Below are positions 51,647 to 64,000 of a stretch of 64,000 nucleotides of DNA, one piece after another. The position numbers and the translations under genes were made by a program. Below the pieces are notes generated by a model that saw only the letters and a program-made list of their open reading frames with translations, did no database searches and had not been told where the DNA came from. Each line of letters opens with the position of its first letter. The stretch's first letter is position 1. This DNA is from Sphagnum compactum (lineage: Eukaryota), in the NCBI GenBank assembly GCA_965153455.1, contig OZ234494.1, positions 5,828,001 through 5,892,000 on the forward strand. The letters run 5' to 3'.

Positions 51647-54600
51647 TCATGAGCAGCAATTTGACTTTGGAGCAAGGCCACGGTTTGCAGGTCTGTCTGT
51701 AAGGGACATCCCAGAAGGTTGCTGTGCAGGTTGAGCTTTTGGCAACTTTCTTGCTGCATCACATGAACACCAATGTTACTACACTGATATCAGACATCAG
51801 TGATATCGATTTACAATAATGGTTTTTGTAACAGTTTAAAGCAAGGGAAAACAAATATTTTCAGACTCTTACAAAAATATATTGCATTGATTTCTTACAC
51901 ATGGCAAGGAGTTAAGAGATCTGTTTATGAAACATACCAATTTCATAGAAAAGCTCGTTAACATTTTGTGCAGTCTTCGCAGAGGTTTCCATGAAAAACA
52001 AACCATTCTCATCTGCGTATGACTTTCCCTCCTGCAAGTCAAATCCTTGGACTGTCAGCAGGTATGAATTATAGATGAGCAATTGACACATCCATAAGCA
52101 TCACATCAGTGCCACTCTGGCAATTGCAAGGCTGTCAGTTTAGCTGAGAAGTAGAGAGCATCATATTTTTTGTCTGGGTCCTATTTAATCACATGGATAG
52201 AACTAAGTGGACAATGATCCATTGCCGACACAATCACACACACACACTTCCACTGTGTATAACAGAACCACAAGAATACCCTTCACTGACATGTAACTTG
52301 AGCATGAAGAATCCAGTTTGGACCAGTGGTGAACATGTGTTTTGAGCATGTGCAGTTTGCCACAACTACTCTCCCTGAACTTGGAACCCATGAAGGAGCT
52401 CATTCCTACAGCTATTCTAGATATCCTATAGAACAAAATGTGAGCAAAACTGCCAATGTGTCCCCTGGAAGTATGAGTCATACCTCAACCTCGACCTTTC
52501 TTTTGGAGTCCAGATCTGCCTTGTTTGCCGCAAGAGCCATCACAAGATTTGGATTGCCTGCATATCAATACCTACCATACTGAGGACAGATACCAAGTTT
52601 ACATACTGTTCAATGTGAGAATATCAATTCTGCCCACAATATTGCACAAACAAAGTGAAATCCAGAGCTGCACCCTGTCGTTGGAGTTCTTGCACCCACT
52701 TCTTAGCTCGATTGAAGGAGTCCTGCCATACCACATTCAGCATATGTGTCAACAGTTTTAACTTAAAAACCCGTTTTAAAGTTCAAGCCTCCACGTAGGA
52801 CACTTGTATGATATATCCATGCTGGGTTCCTCACCAAAGTGACAGCAGTCTTGAAAATGAGCTATTCATCAACTGGATTGGAAGTTTGAACATTCCCATA
52901 TCTTATTATTTGTGCATTTCTCATCTACCTCCTTTGAAGGTGCCATAATGAGCTGTAAAGGCCTATAACAGGATCTCACACAGGAGGGGGCATCACAATG
53001 CTTCATTTGAGGCCAAACCAAGCTGGACAATGGCCTATTGGAAGTCATGCCAAAGACTTCTACATAATACCCATTCTGGATGTGATAAGGACTCTACACA
53101 GGTTCACAGCACGATCACAGGATTTGCTGACTGAAGTGTATAACAATGTGATGCATGTAGTGAGTTTCCATTCTTAGTTGCCTCCAAGCATAGGATTCCA
53201 AGTACCACTCTTCTATCGTCTGTAACGAGATTGAGGCATATATGCTACCTGCTTCTAGGACATCTCATCTATAACTTTGTTGTCTATAAGGACCACAGCT
53301 GCCTCCTCATAGGTACCTTCATAAAGCTGATCCAAGCAGTTTAAGGAGACATGAGTTGGTCCTAGGTGGGTCAGCTTTCCAACAGTGCTCATTCTTTCTG
53401 GTCAGTGAGCTAGATATGGATCATTTCCCTCTCCACATGCAGCTAATGTAAGCAACACAACAACACTGAAAGTTTTATATCCTGAACATAAATGCAATCA
53501 GTAAAAGGAAGCCAAGAAAGTACATACAGCATTTGTTATATCATAAACAATGACAGCTGCTGCAGCACCTCGATAGTACATTGGGGCCAAACTATGGTAT
53601 CTTTCTTGTCCAGCTGTATCCCAAATTTCAAACTTGACTGTTACATCATTCACAGCGAGCGTTTGTGTGAGAAATGCTGCACCAATTGTAGACTCCTGCA
53701 CAACAACATAGACACAATAAAAACCCTAAAAAACTCACCAGGAATTCAATTGCAACAAATGACCACAATTTGTATACAGGTTGAGTTAGAACTCAAGGTC
53801 CCCATGCTGATGATTGATAGAAAATCTGACACTTGAAGGCACAGATTAGAACAGAGGAAATCATGCTCTTGTGCAATATTAACCTCATTGCCACTGTTGC
53901 CCACAGACATTAAAAAGGGTTTTCTTGAAAACCAAACAACTGAGATGTTCACCACCAATCTGCTACAAGTAGAGAATGAAGTGGGAGCATCAGAAGTTAT
54001 CCCTAGACCAGAAGCAATGAAGGCATATATGGAGGCAAGGAGGAGAGGGAAGAGGCAAAAACCTGATAGTCAAAAAATTGCCCTTTTACAAACCGCAATA
54101 CAAGGCTGGACTTGCCGGCTCCCATATCTCCCAATAGTACCTGCCACATACAATTTTATATCTCAGTACCCTGCTGCAAATAATTTCCTCACTCAAGCCT
54201 GAGAAAGCAAGTCCAGCAATCACAGTATTCCACTCTAGATCCTTCTTTTCTATGTCATATGAAAATGACTGGGAGAAAGAAAAAGGCTTTAGTTCGACAT
54301 ACATACATCTCCAGCTTCTACAACAAGTGCAGATGCACTACATATACTAGCTGCTAAAACTTTAGACATGATCACATGTAGAATACAGAACATCCATGGG
54401 TACTGGATACGCTGCTTTCCTTTGATACCTGCCAGCTTTACTGCAACCTTCAACAAGCTTGCTATACCTTCCCCCCAAAAAACCTAAAAAGTATCAGGGC
54501 CATTACCTTCCAGGGTAAAACTGGCTGGTAATGGATACTTCAGCCTTTTGGAGAAAATGGTGGCAAGAATGTGAAAATTGCACAAACATGGACAATTCTG

Positions 54601-54804
54601 ACAGTATATACTCCTTTTGGTGAACATCCTCAATACTAATTCAGCTCTTGTTCTAAGGCAGTGCCACTCCTTCACATGAAGCGTGAAAGCAAGTCTCCTC
54701 CAACACTAGATAACAAACGTGAGATTCACAGCCATGCAATAGAACTGCAAAAGAATAGAACTCACAAGCTTGGCCTGCATGTGATTCGTCCCAGCTGTGG
54801 CCAT
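51647..54804 (-). CDS. RABF2: Rab5-family GTPase, conventional RABF2 type (202 aa). Exons 54804-54766, 54140-54063, 53695-53528, 52722-52674, 52557-52484, 52031-51938, 51753-51647
   Basis: [73 protein letters not shown]-terminal CCS* prenylation motif (not the N-acylated RABF1 type). Confidence 0.96.
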
Positions 54805-56214
54805 CTCCACAATTCACGCGCTTCACTTGTGAGATGTTTCACACCACGAGCCAAGGCTCTGCAGACCTGGACGTTGCAAGATACAAAAGAATCAACTGGC
54901 ATTAAAAAAATGTCAGACACCAGGAAGGAACAGGAAAAACGAAAAAAGAAAACATTCAGAAAACGAAACTACAGAACGAGAGAAACGAAGTGTCATAAGA
55001 CACAAAACATAAGCAAACTGGATCAAAACCTAGGAACTTCTCCCTGCTCCAAATTCCTAAAACCTTCAGCGTATTCACGCCAGAAAAAAAGCCCAAACGG
55101 ACACTTAAGAAGCAAGAAAAAAACTCCCCGCTTATCCGCGCAACTGGGAAAAAAAAAACCCCTCAAGCAGGAAAAACAAACCAAAAACTCTACCTAAATC
55201 AAAATCCGTTCGACCTCAATTCAACAGATCCGGATGCAAAAAGAAAAAAAAACCTCACAACAAGGAGGGAACGTCGTCGCCACAAACCCTTACTACATGA
55301 ATCCGGCAGGATTGATTGTTCAAGAGAAGAGGACCAAAAGAGAAAATAGTTCAGAATTGAAACAAGAGTAAGTGAGGAATCATACCGAAGTAAGAAAGGG
55401 ATGGATAAGAAGAAGAAGATGCCCGTCGAGACAAAATCCGTCAAATTTCTTCGGCAACAAAGCGAACGTCACGCTACAAACGATCGTTGCAACACGCGCG
55501 CGCGCGACAGAAGGGAGACAAGAAGAGCGAGACAAGGGAAGGGGAGAGCCACACAAGCAAAGCATCCCTATCGTCCGTCTGGTGAAATCGTAACCCTCCG
55601 TCAATGAACACCTTGGAGAATCGCAACCGTCTATACAACAAGAAGCTATGGACGGTTAGATCACACACAAGACGCAATCATAGGATAGCATCTGTTCCAT
55701 TGCCGTGTCACTTCGTTCCCCAATATAATAATTTCCGGTTTCTGTTCCCCTTAATGTTCTCGCAGTTCTCCGCAGGGGCTGCGTCCCTCGCCCTGCACCA
55801 CTGCTCGTTGCTTGTGTGAGTCAGTCAGTCCGGTCAAAAAGCAAGTTGCAAGAAAAAGGAAAAGAAAAGTCATCCAAAAGAAAAGTGGAGCTATTATGTC
55901 TTGGTCTAAAGTTTTTTCTTTTGCCACTTAAAAGAAAAGGCCCCCAAAGTTTCTTTTGCCGCAATAATGGTGGTTTTTTTGGCCGGTAAAAAAATAATCC
56001 TTACTTTGGACTTTTATAAAAGTTGTCTGTTTATCGGCCCATCTGTTCTTTCGCTCGTTCGTAAATAAATTCATTCATTCATTCATTCCTCCGTCCGTCT
56101 GTTCATCCATCCCAAAATGAACTTTACATGCAGATGTAGATCAATAATCAGGGCTTTTTTCTTTCTTTCTTTTTTTCTTTCTTTCTTTCTTTTCTTTTCT
56201 TTTCTTTTCTTTTT

Positions 56215-56690
56215 TGTGATATCCAAATTTTGGCCCAAAAAATAGCAAATTTAGTCAAATTTACACTTGGAAAACACAAATTTCCAAAAAAAAAATTACC
56301 TTTCAGGCTGACCAGTAGCCAAATTTGGCTAAGTCCTCCTGTGGATGATTGCCAGTCCACCTTCGCCTTTTTTTAGCTGACTATATATATAGTAATATAA
56401 TAGCCATAATATTATATATAATATATATAGCCAGAAAGGGAAATTAAAATTAAAAAATGCTGAAATCAAGTTTTTCTGAGATTTTCAAATAGCTAGAATT
56501 CGACCATAATTTACAAAACAAAAATAATAAAAAATACATGGTTCATTCAAGTAGGTATCCAAAGACAGAGAAGAATGTTTAAATTTTTAATTTTTTTTCA
56601 TATTTAGCGTGTAACCAAATTTGGCTAAATCTTTGTAAAGGGGTCGGGTCATTGCCACTTTAGCTACATCACAAAATTGACAAAGAAAAC
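56215..56690. mobile_element. Two adjacent copies of the (T)AGCCAAATTTGGCTA-palindrome repeat family in the RABF2/chorismate synthase divergent intergenic region
   Basis: TAGCCAAATTTGGCTA at 56316-56331, AACCAAATTTGGCTA at ~56613; shared downstream GATGATTGCCA/GCCACTTT...CACAAAATTG. Confidence 0.6.
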
Positions 56691-57498
56691 ATCCGTCCAC
56701 CTACCCTCACAAAATTGAAAAGAGAACCATGTGTTGTGAGCCTTTAAGAAAATTTACTCAAAGAAAGTGTGATGGCCATAAAGAAGTACCCAGTAGCTAA
56801 ACCAAATTGAACTCTTTGGTGGGGCGGGGGGTGGGCACCTGGAAGGAAAAGATGCAGAATATACCCTGTATATATCCCACCCTAAACCGTATACCCGTGT
56901 GTGTGGGTATATGTATGTACGTATTCATTCGTAGGTGAAATTAATACGTAGGTGCGGTAGAGAGTCTGGGATGACGAGCTGCGTAAGTGGGCCATATACG
57001 TACATAGGTGGGCCGTGGCCAACAAGACCGGCGATTTGGGAGGTCGTCGGTCAAATTGTGCGGCAGGCCCGGTCCGGTCAGACCTTAGACCCGCATCGTC
57101 TTCGTCCACCAAAGCAATCAAACCAAATTCCAAAGAAAGAAAGCACCGGATGGACTGTCGCGCATAACAAACACTCCTCGCGTGTTCGCCTTGCGTGTCC
57201 GCTGTCTCTTCTCCTGTGAGAGAGATCCTCTTTCTGTTCTCTTTTTTGCAGCAAGCACATCGCATTTCTTCCTTCTCTTCGCTTACCTCGGTGTTTTTTT
57301 TTTATCACCTCTTTCTGTTGGTTTTGTGTGTGAGCCGGCCAAGTTTCCCTTAGCACAACTTTTCCCACTTTCTCTTGTGGAGTCAAGATTTCGTGGAAGG
57401 TTAGGGTGAGAGAGAGAGGTTGGGTGTGAGTGTCTTGCGAGATTTTGCGACCACAGACAGAGGTCGAGAGAGAGAGAGAGTGCGAGAGAGCGAGAGAG

Positions 57499-60400
57499 AT
57501 GAAAGCTATGGCGGTTGGGAAGGCAGGGATGGCGCAGGGACTAGAAATGAGCAGGGCGTTGAACTGTAGTCGGGAGCGGGACAATGGCGGTTTGCTGGGT
57601 GGAGTTGGAGGTCTTCGCCAATGTAAGGCCGACCGCGTCAGGCTCACGGGACTGGCGCCTCCGTCTCTCCACACACAAAAATCCAAACTTGGTGCTCCCT
57701 CTGGCCCTCTCCGTCCGTCCTTCCGTCCGTTTGTGTGTGTACGTCTTTATGTGTCTCTCTCGACCCATCTCTTTGTGAATTCTCAGAAGTTATTTGCAAA
57801 GTCTGTCAATTTCGACGTCGTTCTGCCCTTCATTCTGTAGTTCTTTTGCGTGTTCCAAATTTCTTAGAGAGCACCAGAATCTCATGATGTTGGACAATTT
57901 GATCTGATTGAAGGATTCTCTGTGAATCTGTTACTGTTTTCGTGCACAAGAGCTTGTCTTTGTGATTTTTCCTCAGTGTTTGTTACATCATGGTATTATT
58001 TTTGCCTCCCTGGGAGACTCAGGAGAGATTAGGGCGGACAACCATGATAATTGTTTCATGCACTGAATTGGCAACTCATCAAGTATGCACAATGATTCCA
58101 TGTGAGAGAGAATTCACTCTCTGGAAAGAGGAAAGAGCAGACAGATCCTAGTCCCTTTTATCTGTGGCACTGGTATTTTTTTTTATGAAAGTTTTCATAT
58201 ACTGGGGTTGCAGAGGTGCGGGCGGGAACTGGCAACACGTACGGAACAGTTTTCAGGGTGACAACATTTGGGGAATCACATGGAGGAGGAGTGGGTTGCG
58301 TGATTGACGGATGCCCCCCGAGACTACCTCTTTCTGAAGCTGACATGCAAGTGGAACTTGACAGAAGGTAAATGAATCTGGCTGGGATTTCCCCTTTGTT
58401 AGAGTGCACTATTTTGCAGGACACAACAGCAAATGGTTTCTGTGAATTACTGCAGATTGGACATTCTAGTCAACAGGTCTTACAATCACAATTCTTGGTT
58501 GTGATCCTCAGGAGGCCTGGACAGAGCCGAATCACAACCCCCAGGAAGGAGTCAGATACTTGCAAAATTCTGTCAGGCGTTGGCGATGGTCAGTTTTATT
58601 GCCCGTTATTGATGTAAAATGCAGGAATTGAGTATTTGCTGCTGGGTTTTATGAGAAGTAGTTTTGGGAGAAAGTTTGGCTCTTCTATTATTGAATCTAT
58701 TGTGTTCCATGTATGCAGGGGTGACATTGGGGACACCAATAGCAGTTGTTGTACCAAATGAGGATCAACGTGGAGGGGTCAGTATCTCTGCAGCTCTCAC
58801 TGTGGTTCTGATATGTTCCAACTCTAGGAACTTTGCATTCTTGCAATGCATGTGACCCAAAGCTTAGGAGGAGGTTTGCCTTTAGTCTGCCTTCAGGATT
58901 TCAGGAGCAACTTACTTATTGTAACAAGGATTGAACATCTCAGAAGCTGTTCTTAGAAAATCTTTTTGAGGGTTTGCAAGAGGATGATAACATTGGGGAT
59001 TTGGTTGTTTACAGGATTACTCAGAAATATCACTTGCATATCGCCCTTCTCATGCAGATGCAACTTATGACTTTAAGTATGGTGTGCGCGCTGTCCAGGT
59101 AATAGTAGTTTCCTGAAGGAGACCAAATGCTTGCAGAACATTGGCAACTTATTACTTAGGGATTAGCAGTAATGTCAATAATACTCAGCTAGAAACTTAA
59201 GCTTTTTTGTTAACTCTGAAATGGCCCATGAGGAATTGAGTGTGGATGGCCTGCAGTATATTTATGAAGCATGTCTTGTTGGTACAATTTGGAGGAATAA
59301 TAATCTAACAGGAATTAGAAGGTTGTTGCAGGGAGGAGGCAGGTCATCAGCAAGAGAAACCATTGGCAGGGTTGCAGCTGGTGCAGTTGCAAAAAAACTG
59401 CTTCAACTGCAGTCTGGAACTGAGGTAGGTGAATGTCAACAATTTTGTGGACATCTGTTACGATTGTGTACAAAGGTGTTAACATGTTGAGCCAGTACCT
59501 GATTTGTTGAGTTTGTATCGGAAACGCAGGTTCTAGCTTACGTATCAAGTGTCCATGGAGTGTCACTGCCAGAGGGAGCAGTAAACCATGACACACTTAC
59601 CATGCAGCAGGTAACACAATTTTAGAATGGATGACACCAACTCCCAAATGCCTAATCTCCCATTAGTAACTTCAACTGAGAATTCTCTAAGAATATCAGT
59701 ACAGCAGAAGGGAATCCATAATGAAGAGGTTTGTAGAGTGACAGCAGGAAATGCAAGTACTGGAAAGTGTTTGATATGTACTTTAATGTGGACCTAAGAG
59801 GTGTTTTTTCTGGCAGATTGAGAGCAACATTGTGAGGTGCCCCAATGCTGACTATGCTACCAAGATGATTGAAGCCATTGATGCTGTGAGAGTCAGAGGC
59901 GACTCTGTGGGTGGAGTCGTGACTTGCATTGCCAGGAATGTTCCTCGAGTATGTTGGTTCTTATCTTGACTATTATGCTTATTATACTGCATTTCTTTGG
60001 CATTTCATCTAGGCTTTGGTGTTGCCTTCTTCACCTGTGCACACTCTGTTTGCATATGTTCTTCAGAGGGAATGTCTCAAAAGGCTATAGTAAATTCTGA
60101 AAATTATGACACTGTTTGATTCTGGACAGGGATTGGGTTCACCAGTGTTTGACAAGCTAGAGGCAGAGCTTGCAAAGGCTGCAATGTCTCTTCCTGCAAC
60201 AAAAGGGTTTGAAATTGGCAGTGGTTTCGCTGGTATTTTGCATCTTGCCCTCCCAGCTTCTTCTGTGTCTTGTGTTTGTAATTCTGTTACCGAGTTAACA
60301 TCTGTCATGTTCTGTGTGTCAGACTTGATGAGTACGTACCAGATCACTTTTGTTATAACTTTGTTCAACTTCGGTCATCTATGGTAGTTGATCAGCTTAT

Positions 60401-61582
60401 AGGGTAACCCTACTTCCTGATGTAGCCTCCCAAGGGTCCTAACTGAACTTGGGAGTTTCATGTGGAGTGTAGGATCTTTGATGACGGGAAGTGAGCATAA
60501 TGATGAGTTTTACATTGATGCGTTTGGCAATGTTCGTACACGGACCAATAGGTCTGGTGGCATCCAGGTAACTGTCGCTCACAAACTTGCATCATACAGT
60601 TCCTACAGGTTCCTTGATTGATCAAGCACATGCATCTTTGCAGTGCATTCAATTTAGCTTATGCATGGAAGACGTTGATCCATGTCTGTCCCCACTTCTT
60701 ATCGCATCACTGTTGATGCTGGAGTTGATCAGTTTCTTTTTTCTTGTGATTGATGTGTTCTTGCAGGGAGGCATTTCTAATGGAGAGACAATAGTGATGA
60801 AGATTGCCTTCAAGCCCACTTCAACCATCACTGTAATGTTCTTGAACTTACAAAAGCCCTTGTCAGCTTTGCACAGTTGGTTGGTCTGTAAATGGAGAAT
60901 TTACATCCAGACTTCCGGCAAATTAGCAGACGTGTTGTCTCACCAGTCATGATGGTATGATTGGCAAGTATAGTTGGAGATAATGCTCTTGATTTTTACA
61001 TGGTATATACTCAATTTGTGCAAAAACTAGTGCAGATTTGGATTGCTACTCATCAGTGTAACCTCTGCATGAATACAGAGCAAACAAAAGACCGTGACAC
61101 GTGACAGGCATGAGACTGAGCTAAGAGCCCGTGGCCGTCATGATCCTTGTGTTGTCCCTAGAGGTAAGGCAATGGATGAAAATACTTGTGTGGAATGTCC
61201 TTGAAGCTTTATGACTGTGCATGGCTGTTCTACTGTTAACAGTAGATGTGGCATATAGCCAGAAGTACAGGAAATATGGAAAGGCAAATGAGGAAAACAA
61301 TTTTCTCATAGAAGGAGCAGACCAAGGAAACAGATTTGGAGGAAAATTGCTTGGTAGGAGTAATGAATGTTGGTTGAAGAAACTAACAGTTGGGTGTGGT
61401 GATGAAATGCAGCGGTACCAATGGTTGAGGCAATGGTTGCCCTTGTACTGGTTGATCAATTGCTGCAGCAGTATGCTCAATGTCAACTACTACCCATAGA
61501 GCCTGTGCTCCAGGGCTCAGAGAGAGTACCAAAGAAGGCCCCTTCGACTCTCGAACAGGCAGCCATGTTCAGTGAGCACTAA
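57499..61582 (+). CDS. aroC: Chorismate synthase, plastid-targeted (aroC homologue). Exons ~57499-57691, 58214-58367, 58512-58588, 58719-58777, 59015-59098, 59332-59424, 59530-59610, 59817-59948, 60130-60232, 60473-60567, 60767-60832, 61079-61163, 61413-61582
   Basis: [118 protein letters not shown]; first exon reads as a transit peptide. Confidence 0.96.
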
Positions 61583-62139
61583 GAAGCTCCCTGTTGCAGC
61601 TGGGTCTCATTGCTTTTGCCATATTGGGTGAAGGTTAGGTACTGTCAGATGCAGCCCCAAAATACACCATCCTTACCCTGCTAGTTGATTTGTTCTATTT
61701 ATTCTCTTTCCATAAAAGCTAAGAAAGCTCCGCAAATACCATGAGAGACATAGAGTATTGTACTTATAGATCATCAATGGGGTCATTTTGCATTTCACAA
61801 AACTCAAGGGTTTTTCCAAGAACTTGTATTGCCAGATGCACTCTCTCTCTTTCACAAACTTGACACCCTGCATTTTAACAAACTCAAGGGTCATGTAGTT
61901 GTGCTTAAAGTTCTACAATAGCTTTAAAAGGTTGCTTAAAAAGGCAGGAGTGCTTACTTGGTAACAAACTTTTACACCAATTAGGTGGGGTGTGTTTAGC
62001 AGTGCTCCAATATTGTTGTGTGATTTCTGTGGTCCATCACAGAAAACAATATGGCATTCTCTAAGAGAACTAGTGGGCTTGGCTTGTGCACTTTGGCACA
62101 TATTGTTGTAAGTTGTAACCTAGATTTACAAAGTATTTT

Positions 62140-62280
62140 CATTGAATTTCCAATGACAAAAAGTGCACAAAATTCAATAGCTCCTGCACCATAAGTGTGA
62201 AAGTTACTAAAACATCTTGGTGCACCTGCACTCATTGTGGGCTTTCCAACGGGAGCCAGAGTGCACCCCAATTTCCCTAA
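62140..62280. repeat. Dispersed repeat fragment related to ~49140-49335
   Basis: Shared AAATTCAATA...GGCTTTC..A...A.C.AAAGTG/AGAGTG blocks. Confidence 0.35.
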
Positions 62281-64000
62281 AGGTTTACTTTTTTATTTCT
62301 ACAGGAACAAATAATTCTCTAAATTTGTAGGTGTGATTTCAAAAGTAACAAGGAATCTGCTACAACATATTCTCATTTTTCTTCTTTTTTCCAGCCAAGA
62401 TGCAAAATTTCACCACTTTTAAAAACACTGATTGCTGGTAATATCAAGAGCACAACCTCAATTCCCCTAGAATTTCAGCTTTTGGATATTATTGAAATTA
62501 TTGCTTCTGAGTTATTGATCGCCTTGGGCCACCACTAATTCCATTGAGCCCACTTCAAGGTGGGCCCAAAAAAGTTTCTTACATTCCTGGACAACATTAT
62601 CCACTTCAGCCATGTAGGATTTCATGCAGATTTCACCAAGGAATGTATTTGGAGTCTCATGATTGGTCTTATTAGATTCCAAATGCATTCCAAGGGACAT
62701 GAACAAACAGGAGGCATCATTTGGTTGACACCTAAATATACGTTTTCCAAGTAAACCGCACAAAAGTTTATATTTTCCATTTTGTGTTTTGATCTTGGAT
62801 TCCTACAATTGCAAGTCCATTTGATTTGTGTGCATGAATTCATGTGTGTGACTTTTGATAGTGTTGGCTGCCAATCTACACAACAAACTTTTCAGCAATG
62901 TCCAGTGTAATGCTCAGGAAGTGATTCATCGATGCACCCAATATGGTGACACCACAATCATCAAGACATTCTCTGAGCTGCTTTGCTTTCAAAGTCAGGT
63001 TTGTAAAAGCATCAACATGGACAATTGCAATACTAGTAGCAGAAAGCCAATCTCCAGCACTGCTTGCAAATTTGTAAGAGCTTTGTAAACACTGTTTGAA
63101 GTTCATGCTTGACTCATAAAAAAGCAACCTATCCAGATTGTTTCTCCAATCAGAACACACCTTGCTGAAACAGAGTGCCCCCTATCACATAAATACTAGA
63201 GCAAATTGTTATTCCACAGAAGGTTGGAACAGTACCAGAGCATGAGACCACTTCGGTCAGGTGCATGCCCAGGTTTGGATCACTACAATGACTATCAGTA
63301 ACCTCACCAGCTACTTCCTCCAATTACATACTGGGCTGCTATCAAAATATGTTGCCACTAGGCAGATTCTGCCTCACTGCTGACATCCTTGCGTGAGAAA
63401 TTTCTCTGAGAAGATTGTCTCCAAGCATTGATCAGCTATATTGACATTGCAGGCTCCTGTTATGTACAAGACGTTCATGGGTAGAGGTCGGCAAAAAAGG
63501 GACCGGGGTGAATCTTGGTACTGAATGGAAAGCGTCCAACTTATTAACCATCACAGTTTAGTCATGCACAATCCTCAAACCGATCCAGCATAGGCTTCTG
63601 ATGGCTGCAAACCCAGAAAATCATGAGTTGGACCTCAAGCTATTAAACAAAGCCTAATAGTTAGACTTAAGCTCCATACATCTTTTGAAACCAGAACTAA
63701 TCCTATATGAAGAGGATGTTGCTCCTTTGTGCTATGTGAAAGATCTAGAACTTACTGTACACATGGAGGAGGCAACCTAAAACCAGAGAATACCTTGTAC
63801 AAAAAAGACCTGTTTTGGTGGGATTGGGAGATTTGCATTCACTGATGCCCTATAGCCCATGCAAGTTTTGTTCTTGCATTGTAGAATCTAAATCAATATT
63901 CTACATGCAAGCCTGAGGAGTTGTACCAAACTTGAGGTTTCTAAAGTTCACCATTCAGAGCTGAAACTTTGTTTGCTACTCTACTATTTGAGGTGGCTGA

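Noticed and set aside
52484-52557. Rab5 G4 region AANKAD instead of AGNKAD as a sign of pseudogenisation
   Set aside because: The NKxD core is intact and the reading frame and splice sites are all conserved
3464-54804. Apparent 'secretory pathway cluster' (SURF4-like, SAR1, SERINC, GFT1, RABF2)
   Set aside because: These are common housekeeping genes interspersed with unrelated ones; no evidence of co-regulation, and chance adjacency is sufficient
54661-57840. ORFs 54661-55197 (+) and 57078-57686 (-)
   Set aside because: Antisense to or overlapping the UTR/first exons of RABF2 and chorismate synthase; compositionally biased, no domain signal

Overview
This is eukaryotic, intron-rich plant nuclear DNA. 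A moss such as Sphagnum is my inference from gene structure and repeat style, not something the sequence proves. Nine spliced or intact host genes can be reconstructed with GT-AG introns: the 3' part of L-arabinokinase, an HR-like lesion-inducing membrane protein, SAR1, eIF2-beta, a SERINC, a STICHEL-like DnaX/AAA+ protein, GDP-fucose transporter GFT1/GONST4, a Rab5/RABF2 GTPase and chorismate synthase. The AT-rich intergenic blocks (about 27-40 kb and 43.6-50.6 kb) are full of transposon debris. The most interesting system is an apparent endonuclease-encoding rolling-circle transposon (Helentron) set. It has three parts: (1) a decayed PIF1-helicase + AP-endonuclease gene at about 44.8-47.7 kb; (2) a solo LTR that splits that gene's Walker A motif exactly; (3) at least four ~320-350 bp non-autonomous elements with DINE-1/HINE-like architecture (subterminal inverted repeats, internal partial IR, 3' stem-loop, T-rich ends). 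Other observations are a triplicated first exon/donor in eIF2-beta, a degenerate Walker B in the STICHEL-like protein, a dispersed repeat built around the palindrome TAGCCAAATTTGGCTA, a MITE, a small foldback element and several minisatellites. All coordinates were read by eye and exon edges may be off by a few bases.
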